Below, piece after piece: positions 54,401 through 64,000 of a stretch of 64,000 bases of DNA. The position numbers and the translations under genes were made by a program. Numbering within the stretch: the stretch's first letter is position 1; every line of letters starts with the position of its first letter. The DNA is taken from the NCBI RefSeq assembly GCF_006345805.1, contig NC_043007.1, positions 14,074,001 through 14,138,000 of the forward strand. Reading direction: 5' to 3'. This DNA is from Octopus sinensis. Lineage: Eukaryota. The notes under the pieces were generated by a model. It worked only from the letters and a program-made list of their open reading frames with translations, ran no database searches and was not told the DNA's origin.

Positions 54401-56520
54401 TTGAGAAATGAAGGGGAGAAGGGGAGGTAGGTATATTGAACATTCCAGAGAGGGGGATTTGAGAAATGAAGGGGAGGAAGGGGAGGTACGAATGTTGAAC
54501 ATTCCAGACAGGGGGATTTGAGAAATGAAGGGGAGGAAGGGGAGGTACGAATGTTGAACATTCCAGAGAGGGGGATTCGAGAAGTGAAGGGGAGGAAGGG
54601 GAGGTAGGAATATTGAACATTCCAGGGAGGGGGATTTGGGAAGTGAAGGGGAGGAAAAGGAGGTACGAATGTTGAACATTCCAGAGAGGGGATTTGAGAA
54701 GTGAAGGGGAGGAAGGGGAGGTAAAGACTTAATATATATAGTGGAATGTTCAACATTCTTACCTTCCCTTCCTTTCCATCATTTCTCATTCATACCTTCC
54801 CCTCCTTCCCTTCATTTCTCAAATCCTCCTCTCAAATGATTTGAGAAGTGAAGGGGAGGAAGGGGAGGTAGGAATGTTGAACAATCCATAGAGGGAGATT
54901 TGAGAAATGAAGGGAAGGAAGGGAAGGTAGGAATGTTGAACATTCCAGAGAGGAGGATTTGAGAAATGAAGGGAAGGAAGGGAAGGTATGAATGTTGAAC
55001 ATTCCAGAGAGGAGGATTTGAGAAATGAAGGGAAGGAAGGGAAGGTAGGAATGTTGAACATTCCATAGAGGGGGATTTGAGAAATGAAGGGAAGGAAGGG
55101 AAGGTAGGAATGTTGAACATTCCAGAGAGGAGGATTTGAGAAATGAAGGGAAGGAAGGGAAGGTATGAATGTTGAACATTCCAGAGAGGAGGATTTGAGA
55201 AATGAAGGGAAGGAAGGGAAGGTAGGAATGTTGAACATTCCATAGAGGGGGATTTGAGAATGAAGGGAAGGAGGGAAGGTAGGAATGTTGAACATTCAAG
55301 AGAGGAGGATTTGAGAAATGAAGGGAAGGAAGGAAGGTATGATGTTGAACATTCCAGAGAGGGGGATTTGAGAAGTGAAGGGGAGGAAGAGGAGGTAGGA
55401 ATATTGAACATTCCAGAGAGTGGGATTTGAGAAGTGAAGGGGAGGAGGGGAGGTAGGAATGTTGAACATTCTAGAGAGGGGGATTTGAGAAATGAAGGGA
55501 AGGAAGGGAAGGTAGGAATGTTGAACAATCCATAGAGGGGGATTTGAGAAATGAAGGGAAGGAAGGGAAGGTAGGAATGTTGAACAATCCATAGAGGGGG
55601 ATTTGAGAAATGAAGGGAAGGAAGGGAAGGTATGAATGTTGAACATTCCAGAGAGGGGGATTTGAGAAGTGAAGGGGAGGAAGAGGAGGTAGGAATATTG
55701 AACATTCCAGAGAGTGGGATTTGAGAAGTGAAGGGGAGGAAGGGGAGGTAGGAATGTTGAACATTCTAGAGAGGGGGATTTGAGAAATGAAGGGAAGGAA
55801 GGGAAGGTAGGAATGTTGAACATTCCAGAGAGGGGGATTTGAGAAGTGAAGGGGAGGAAGGGGAGGTAGGAATGTTGAACATTCCAGAGAGTGGGATTTG
55901 AGAAGTGAAGGGGAGGAAGGGGAGGTAGGAATGTTGAACATTCTAGAGAGGGGGAATTTGAGAAATGAAGGGAAGGAAGGGAAGGTAGGAATGTTGAACA
56001 TTCCAGAGAGGGGGATTTGAGAAGTGAAGGGGAGGAAGGGGAGGTAGGAATGTTGAACATTCCAGAGAGGGGGTTAGAGAAGTGAAGGGGAGGAAGGGGA
56101 GGTAGGAATGTTGAATATTCCAGAGAGGGGGATTTGAGAAATGAAGGGGAGGGTGGGGAGGTAGAAATGTTGAACATTCCAGAGAGGGGGGTTAGAGAAG
56201 TGAAGGGGAGGAAGGGAAGGTAGGAATGTTGAACATTCCAGAGAGGGGCATTTGAGAAATGAAGGGGTGGAAGGGGAGGAAATAATGTTGGACGTTCCAG
56301 AGAGGGGGATTTGAGAAATGAAGGGGAGGAAGGGGAGGTAGGAATATTGAACATTCCAGAGAGGGGGATTTGAGAAGTGAAGGGGAGGGTGGGGATGTAG
56401 GAATGTTGAACATTCTAGAGAGGGGGATTTGAGAAATGAAGTGGAGGAATGGGATGTAGGAATGTTGAACATTCCAGAGAGGGGGATTTTAGAAATGAAA
56501 GGGAGGAAGGGGAGGAATGT
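54398..56520. repeat. Tandem array of a 59-bp G/A-rich monomer (about 35 copies)
   Basis: GATTTGAGAA(A/G)TGAAGGG(G/A)AGGAAGGG(G/A)AGGTAGGAATGTTGAACATTCCAGAGAGGGG; the register shifts 1 nt per 60-nt line. Confidence 0.97.
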
Positions 56521-56912
56521 CATGAATGTGTTGAATGTCTGGAATGTCTGTAATTACTGGAATGTCAGGAATGTATACATATATATATCAGTATATATAC
56601 ATATATAGACCAGTATCGGGTGTCAAGCGATGTTGAGTGAGGGACAAACATAGATACACAAACACATACATATATACGACGAGCGTCCCTCAGTTTTCCA
56701 TTTACCAAATATACTCAGAAGGCTTCGTCGGCCCTCGGCTATAGTAAAAACACTTGCCCAAGGTGCCGCGCAGTGGGACTGAACTCGGAACTATGTGGTT
56801 CGTAAGCAAGCTACTTACCAAGCAGCCACTCCTATATGTATGCGTATATTTGTGTTGGCCTAGATTAGTAAGGGCAGGGTGATTCCCGCGTGTGTAATAG
56901 TTAGGAGTATGA

Positions 56913-57290
56913 GTGGAGGCGCAATGACCCAGTGGTTAGGGCAGCGGACTCGCGGTCATAGGATCGCGGTTTCGATTTCCAAACCTGGCGTTGTGTGTGT
57001 TTATTGAGCGAAAACACCTAATGCTCCACGAGGCTCCGGCAGGGGATGGTGGTGATCCCTGCTGTACTCTTTCACCACAACTTTCTCTCACTCTTACTTC
57101 CTGTTTCTGTTGTACCTGTCACTTTGTCACTTTCTGTGTCACGCTGAATATCCCCGAGAACTACGTTAAGGGTGCACGTGTCTGTGGAGTGCTCAGCCAC
57201 TTACACGTTAATTTCACGAGCAGGCTGTTCTGTTGATTCAGATCAACCGGAACCCTTGTCGTCGTAACCGACGGAGTGCTTCCACCACCA
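56913..57290 (+). mobile_element. SINE head A with tail 1
   Basis: 11-bp TSD TAGGAGTATGA at 56902-56912 and 57291-57301. Confidence 0.9.
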
Positions 57291-57544
57291 TAGGAGTATG
57301 AGTGTGTATGTGTGTGCGTGTGTACGTGTGTGCAAGAGAGTGCATGCAAACATAAATATAATCCCAAAGCATATTATGGCGGGAAAGAGTATTTGCGTAC
57401 CTTTTTTTTTTGTCACCGCCTTGAGGAATTTTTAGACGAATGAATCGACCCCTGTGCTTCTTTCGTTTTTAAGCCTAGTAATTATACTTTTGTCTCTTTT
57501 GCCGAACTGCTAAGTTAAGGGAATGTAAACATATAACAAAAATA

Positions 57545-58030
57545 TATCCTGAAATCTGGCAGACATGCTTCTCTGCAGCTCATCCAGGTGCGAACAATAC
57601 ACCTGAATGTCCTCTTCTGGAATACGCTTTTCCTTCTCAAATTCACAGAGGCTCAGAAAGTAAAAGAACCAACGTCGGCTTATGTTACATCTGAATTGCT
57701 GTAACTTGGGCAGAAACATAGAGAGGGCTGGTTCTACTTTGATACGGTTTAACCTCAATTCGTTGCAGTTATAAATTAACATCGTTAAACTTTGTGAATG
57801 TATCTGCCATATAAGTAATGTCACGCTTGCTGTTTCTTGTTTCATCGCAAAGAACAGAATAAAAGTCTTACAATAATTCAACAACTGTTTTAGAAAGGGA
57901 ATGGAGACTTTCAGGCGGTTTCCCTTTGACAGCCATCGAACTTCTGTGTGCGACAACAAACGTTGGGGCTGTTGAAACAGTGAGGAAGCATGAGCATGCG
58001 CCGTGATTGTATTTACTGCTGTGATAACTG
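57545..58030 (-). mobile_element. hAT (Buster/Charlie-like) transposase fragment
   Basis: VITAVNTITAHA...RLLSHTEVRWLSKG...EDIQVYCSHLDEL..M.ARFQDI. Confidence 0.88.
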
Positions 58031-58356
58031 TTTCTTTATTACCCACAAGGGGCTAAACATAGAAGGGACAAACAAGGACAGACAAACGGATTATCGATTA
58101 CATCGACCCCAGTGCGTAACTGGTACTTAATTTATCGACCTCGAAAGGATGAAAGGTAAAGTCGACCTCGGCGGAATTTGAACTCGGAACGTAACGTACA
58201 TCGATTTAAGCACTGTCGCAGCTAGAGTGTGTGCCTACGGCAGACCCAAAAGTGGTGCCCCTTTAAAAGTGCCGCCCTACCGCCCTTCACCCCAGCTACG
58301 CTAGTGGTTTTAAGCCTACCGCTTAGGTTATTTGTAACGAGTGGAAACACTGGGTA

Positions 58357-58880
58357 TCTCTCTATATATAAACGGCAGTTTGTCTGTCTGTGTGTCTGTG
58401 TGTCTGTCAGGTTGTACCCTCACCCTGACCACGGCTTTCAACCGATTCTGATGAAACTTGACACACACATAGCCCAATGTCTTAATTCAAAACTAACGCA
58501 GCGAAAATTTTGAAAAGTTCCCCCAGTTCTGAAAAAAATCGATAAATTCGACATGGGGTCGAGAATCTAAGCTTTTTATATGCAACACATTTTCTGTTGT
58601 AGTTTTCGCAACTTGCAATCAATTTTCACCAAACTCATTGTGAAGCTTAATGTTACCCTAAGAAACTTAATTCTGATGTTAGTTTTCCATGCAATACCTT
58701 ACCATCAGAAAAAATCGATGAAATCATGCCATTTTGGGAAATCGCGTTCAAATTCAAGATGACATATTTTCGACAATATCTTTCACAAATTGGCAGGAAT
58801 TTCTTTTTTTATTCACAGCGAGCATCATGTCTGCTCCAGGGGCTCTTGCATACCCGGGCAATGCCGGGCTATGCTGCTAG
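58357..58880 (+). mobile_element. Non-autonomous Helitron, family 2
   Basis: A|TCTCTCTATATATAAACGG...AACCGATTCTGATGAAACTT...CCCGGGCAATGCCGGGCTATGCTGCTAG|T. Confidence 0.88.
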
Positions 58881-59177
58881 TTATTAATAAACTTATGAAG
58901 CAGCGATGACAGCCTATCATCGAAGGTGGTCCTTCTACTGCTCAAAAACGAAATACTGACTGTATCTATTTCTGTCTTACAAATAATAGCTCTTTAACCA
59001 AGAGTTAATCTTTGACGAAGCATACATAAGCAAGAAATGTACCGTACTTTTTATTGCTTGGTAAAGAGGTTTAATCTAACTGTAAGTTAAGTTTGGTTAT
59101 TCAAATTATGTTCCACAATATATCTTCAATGTTATAACATTCCACATTTTGAAACATTTGTAGTACTCATTTTTTTT

Positions 59178-59612
59178 TACTACCCACAAGGAGCTAAACA
59201 CAGAGAGGGGACAAACAAGGACAGACAAAGGTATTAAGTCGATTACATCGACCCCCAGTCTGTACTTAATTTATCGACCCCGAAAGGATGAAAGGCAAAG
59301 TCGACCTCGGCGGAATTTGAACTCAGAACGTAACGACAGACGAAATACGGCTACGCATTTCGCCCGGCGTGCTAACGTTTCTTATTTCTTTACTGCCCAC
59401 AAGGGGCTAAACATAGAGGGGACAAAGAAGGACAGACAAAGGTATTAAGTCGATTACATCGATCCCCAGTGTGTAACTGGTACTTAATTTATCGACCCCG
59501 AAAGGATGAAAGGCAAAGTCGACCTCGGCGGAATTTGAACTCAGAACGTAACGGCAGGCGAAATATCGCTAAGCATTTCGACCGTTGCGCTAACGTTTCT
59601 GCCAGCTCGCTG
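59178..59612 (-). mobile_element. SINE family C dimer with a different restart point
   Basis: The junction on the minus strand is AAAGAAATA-AGAAACGTTAGC, not ...GTATTTCG. Confidence 0.85.
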
Positions 59613-59782
59613 GTACTCCTTTTTAGAGAATAAATGTTGTGCTTCCCATTCTTCATTTTAATTTTCCAGGTTAAAGTCCTGAAAAAAAAAACGAAGGGAA
59701 ATTCCAATTTACATATAATTTAAAGGTTATCCCGATTTGATGTCTAAGAAATTAAGGTAAGCCTAAATATAATCTCACTAAC

Positions 59783-59998
59783 TCTCTTTTACTCGCTCTT
59801 ACTTGTTTCAGTCATTTGACTGCGGCCATGCTGGAACACCGCCTTAATCGAGCAATTCGACCCCCGGGACTTATTCTTTTGTAAGCCCAGTACTATTCTA
59901 TCGGTCTCTTTTGCCGAACCGCTAAGTGACGGGGACGTAAACACACCAGCATCGGTTGTCAAGCAATGCTAGGGGGACAAACACAGACGCACAAACAT

Positions 59999-60076
<78 letters not shown>

Positions 60077-60277
60077 ATATTATATATATAATATATATAT
60101 ATATTATATATACATATATACGACAGGCTTCTTTCAGTTTCCGTCTACCAAATCCACCCACAAGGCATTGGTCGGCCCGGGGCTATAGCAGAAGACACTT
60201 GCCCAAGATGCCACTCAGTAGGACTGAACCCGGAACCATGTGTTGGTTAGCAAGCTACTTACCACACAGCCACTCTT
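59783..60277 (-). mobile_element. SINE family B with an expanded internal (CA)n(TA)n
   Basis: Same head and tail as the other family B copies. Confidence 0.9.
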
Positions 60278-60689
60278 GCGCCTAAGTGTATAATGCTCAC
60301 TGATTTATACATAGTCATGCTTTGTAATCCTACCATTAATGCTATTTGTATTCCTAAGATGTTACAAGTATTTTTATCTACTGATAACACTATCAACGAT
60401 TCTATTCTAATGTTATATCTTCAAAGTGTTTTAGAAAATTTTTTGTATATTGTTATCTATTACAGTTTGTGTTCGTGCCTTAGCAACCTTATATTTGTTA
60501 CTGTTATGTTTTGTAGCTGTTGTTGTTGTTTATAAATGGATGAATTAAACAGCGATAGAGTTACAACTGCAAGGATGAATTAACATTAAATATCAGTCTA
60601 TCAACGAACCTTTTTCGTTTATATTTTGGCGGCTCAAAAATATGTGAACATTCTGAAGTATAATCTGAACGTGACGCATCTTTTTCTCC

Positions 60690-60832
60690 ACCAGCTTGTA
60701 AGTATAAATTCACAGTGCGACCGATCTTTTCGAGCAAGAATTGGTCTTATCAGTCACTTGCGGACTCACCAATAAATTTGCGCGAAGACCATCATCCTCG
60801 ACCTTGAGGGATTGCCATAGAAGTAAGTATAA
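60690..60832 (+). mobile_element. RTE-clade LINE 3' end
   Basis: QCDRSFRARIGLISHLRTHQ* then ACCATCATCCTCGACCTTGAGGGATTGCC. Confidence 0.82.
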
Positions 60833-60987
60833 AGTAAATCTATTTTAACCTCTTAAAGTATAAATCTGACAGAAATGTTGCTTTTGATTTTTGACCGGTA
60901 ATTTTTCTTTACTTTGTGTTACTTTTCGGTTAATTAATCTGATCAGTTTTTGAAAGTGACGCCTACTTTCTTTAAGAGTGACATTCT

Positions 60988-61962
60988 CTAGGAACTGGGT
61001 TGATGGCCCTGCCTGTGGCCAATACTGGCAGTCAGGAACTGGGTTGATGCCCTGCCTGTGGCCAATACTGGCAGTCAGGAACTGGGTTGATGCCCTGCCT
61101 GTGGCCAATACTGGCAGTCAGGAACTGGGTTGATGCCCTGCCTGTGGCCAATACTGGCAGTCTAGGAACTGGGTTGATGCCCTGCCTGTGGCCAATACTG
61201 GCAGTCAGGAACTGGGTTGATGCCCTGCCTGTGGCCAATACTGGCAGTCTAGGAACTGGGTTGATGCCCTGCCTGTGGCCAATACTGGCAGTCTAGGAAC
61301 TGGGTTGATGCCCTGCCTGTGGCCAATACTGGCAGTCTAGGAACTGGGTTGATGCCCTGCTGTGGCCAATACTGGCAGTCAGGAACTGGGTTGATGCCCT
61401 GCCTGTGGCAATACTGGCAGTCTAGGAACTGGGTTGATGCCCTGCCTGTGGCCAATACTGGCAGTCAGGAACTGGGTTGATGCCTGCCTGTGGCCAATAC
61501 TGGCAGTCTAGGAACTGGGTTGATGCCCTGCCTGTGGCCAATACTGGCAGTCTAGGAACTGGGTTGATGCCCTGCCTGTGGCCAATACTGGCAGTCTAGG
61601 AACTGGGTTGATGCCCTGCCTGTGGCCAATACTGGCAGTCTAGGAACTGGGTTGATGCCCTGCCTGTGGCAATACTGGCAGTCTAGGAACTGGGTTGATG
61701 CCCTGCCTGTGGCCAATACTGGCAGTCAGGAACTGGGTTGATGCCCTGCCTGTGGCCAATACTGGCAGTCAGGAACTGGCAGTCTAGGAACTGGGTTGAT
61801 GCCCTGCCTGCTGTGGCCAATACTGGCAGTCAGGAACTGGGTTGATGCCCTGCTTGTGGCCAATACTGGCAGTCTAGGAACTGGGTTGATGCTCTGCCTG
61901 TGGCCAATACTGGCAGTCAGGAACTGGGTTGATGCCCTGCCTGTGGCCAATACTGGCAGTCA
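60988..61962. repeat. Tandem array of a 43/44-bp monomer (about 22 copies)
   Basis: GGAACTGGGTTGATGCCCTGCCTGTGGCCAATACTGGCAGTC(T)A. Confidence 0.97.
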
Positions 61963-62560
61963 GCTTAATCTGGATGATTGCATTCAGAGTGGAAGCCGAC
62001 GTCTGTGGGGGATTGAGATGTCACTGTGATAGGCCTTCATGGTTTGTCTTGTCGCCTAAATGCCGGTCATTTCGTTCGTCACATCAAGCTAAACCTGACC
62101 ATTAAAGGGGCCATAGCTCAGGCTAATATTTCCTCAGTTCTGGAGCCGGCGGAATTATCCAGAAGTGATGGGAAGAGACCAGGTGGTCTTACGCTTTGTC
62201 CCATGCGTAAGAGATAGGTGCCTCCTCTGGGGGCATCACAGTTGGTGACTCCTTTGTTCCCTTCAACATCCTGGATGCTGCTGTAAAAGGGAGGATCACT
62301 GCTTCGGTAGCCGAACGGAACAAAATCCTAAAGTATCGGGACTTGGTGGAACCATTTCTTCCAGCCTTTGGCGTTTGAGATGTTTGGAGCTGGACCGCTG
62401 ACAACGAAGTTCTTGTCATCGTTAGTGGCTCTCGCCTTACCGAGACGTCGGGTGATGCTCGTGAAGACACTTGGCATTTCCAACGCTGTAACCTCGCCCA
62501 TCACCCACGTGATGCCGTGATCGTGTTGGCTTGCTTCACCAAGTCCCGTTAACCCTTATT
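61963..62560 (+). mobile_element. CRE-like non-LTR retrotransposon 3' fragment (RLE endonuclease region)
   Basis: GLHGLSC...RH..LN...LEPAELSRSDGKRPGGLTL...AERNKILKY...FQPLAFEMFG...FQR, with frameshifts. Confidence 0.8.
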
Positions 62561-62626
62561 GTGCGCGACCAATTGATGCATTAAGTGCTAAATTGATGTT
62601 TTCTTTCTTTCTTCGCTCATGATTAT

Positions 62627-62897
62627 GGCGATCTTTCGTCTCTAGTAGACCTTTCCGTCGATTTACACAACATACTGTCTGTCTCCCACACCCCATCAAA
62701 CACACACATACACACACACATGTACATCAATGCGTCCCATGCACGGTAACTTCAAAAGAACTTCCCTCGTCATACAATCGCTTTCTCTTAGTCTCTTTCG
62801 CTCTCATTACTTCAAAAGTTCCCGCAAGCCCATATGTAAAAAAAAAAATTTTTTTACGGAAATCGACGGAAAGGTCTACTAGAGACGAAAGATTGCC
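62627..62897. mobile_element. MITE with 38-bp TIRs and 8-bp TSD (Merlin-like)
   Basis: TIR GGCGATCTTTCGTCTCTAGTAGACCTTTCCGTCGATTT (1 mismatch). TSD ATGATTAT at 62619-62626 and 62898-62905. Confidence 0.87.
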
Positions 62898-63186
62898 ATG
62901 ATTATATTTTCTTTTGTTTGGGATTTATATTTTAATGTGGAATATTTATGTAATTAAGTATGCTGTGACAAAACTATTTCACAAATAAAATTTACAGGTT
63001 TACAACTCATGCAAAAGAGAAAAAAATCAGTTCTAAGGATATCCTCACTGTTACGCTCCTAAATTCAAAATAACTGCAGAATTCTACTCGCCACCTCCGA
63101 CTTTAGTTTCCTCATAACTTTCTTTAAAATGCATGCTGTTTTTAACGAAATGGCGACCTTTGGTCTTAGGTATATCTAACTGCAGA

Positions 63187-64000
63187 GACGGCGAGCTGGC
63201 AGAAACGTTAGCACGCCGGGCGAAATGCGTAGCGGTATTTCGTCTACCGCTACGTTCTGAGTTCAAATTCCGCCGAGGTCGACTTTGCCTTTCATCCTTT
63301 CGGGGTCGATAAATTAAGTACCAGTTACGAACTGGGGTCGATGTAATCGACTTAATACCTATGTCTGTCCTTGTTTGTTCCCTCTGTGTTTAGCCCCTTG
63401 TGGGTAATAAAGAAATAGGTATTTCGTCTACCGCTACGTTCTGAGTTCAAATTCCGCCGAGGTCAACTTTGCCTTTCATCCGCCGCACTGGAGTCGATGT
63501 AATCGACTTAATACGTTTCTCTGTCCTTGTTTGTCCCCTCTGCGTTTAGCCCCTTGTGGGCAATAAAGAAATAGGTATTTCGTCTGCCGTTACGTTCTGA
63601 GTTCAAATTCCGCCGAGGTCAACTTTGCCTTTCATCCTTTCGGAGTCGATTAAATAAGTACCGGTTACGCACTGGGGTCAATGTAATCGACTTAATCCGT
63701 TTGTCTGTCCTTGTTTGTCCTCTCTGTGTTTAGTCCCTTGTGGGTAGTAAAGAAATAGGTATATCTTCTGCCGTTACGTTCTGAGTTCAAGTTCCGCCGA
63801 AGTCGACTTTGCCTTTCATCCTATCGGGGTCGATAAATAAAGTACCAGTTTCGCACTGGGGTCGGTGTAATCGACTTAATTCGTTTGTCTGTCCTTGTTT
63901 GTCCCCTCTGTGTTTAGCCCCTTGTGGGCAATAAAGAAATAGGTATTTCGTCTGCCGCTACGTTCTGAGTTCAAATTCCGCCGAGGTCAACTTTGCCTTT
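63187..64000 (+). mobile_element. SINE family C multimer (at least 5 units, runs off the window)
   Basis: Unit starts at 63235, 63419, 63575, 63759 and 63943. Confidence 0.92.

Noticed and set aside
51081-54404. Many overlapping Lys/Arg/Glu-rich ORFs (PKEIKEGAERDQRGCRKRSKR)
   Set aside because: All three plus-strand frames are open because the monomer cannot form stop codons, and the 22/23-bp units shift frame constantly. This is not evidence of a protein.
54331-56523. Minus-strand ORFs with MFNIPTSPSSPS repeats
   Set aside because: A by-product of the 59-bp monomer, which is not a multiple of 3.
50824-61962. CRISPR-like appearance of the tandem arrays
   Set aside because: There are no unique spacers, the monomers are contiguous, no cas genes are present, and the context is eukaryotic.

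Overview
Repeat-dominated, AT-rich animal genomic DNA with no host protein-coding, rRNA or tRNA gene that I can recognise. The SINE families and the dense (TA)n/(CA)n/(GATA)n microsatellites resemble octopus sequence; this is pattern recognition from memory, not a search. Most ORFs in the track are microsatellite or satellite artefacts. The genuine coding remnants are all transposon fragments: Tc1, two mariners, a hAT, a Helitron Rep/helicase, a Penelope RT, three RTE pieces and a CRE-like RLE LINE. There are at least four tRNA-head SINE families, non-autonomous Helitrons, and MITEs (two with GG ends and 8-bp TSDs, Merlin-like). Most notable: (i) a 5.7-kb block of two abutting tandem arrays. 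The 22/23-bp monomer carries a TCF/LEF-type site (AGATCAAAG), usually next to a GCCG Helper-like motif. The 59-bp monomer carries a heat-shock-element-like palindrome and is linked to a Helitron-like terminus. (ii) SINEs with one head and five different tails, most bounded by their own TSDs. (iii) SINE multimers of 184-bp units bounded by a single TSD. (iv) Minimal hammerhead-like motifs near a Penelope remnant. All functional interpretations are inference.
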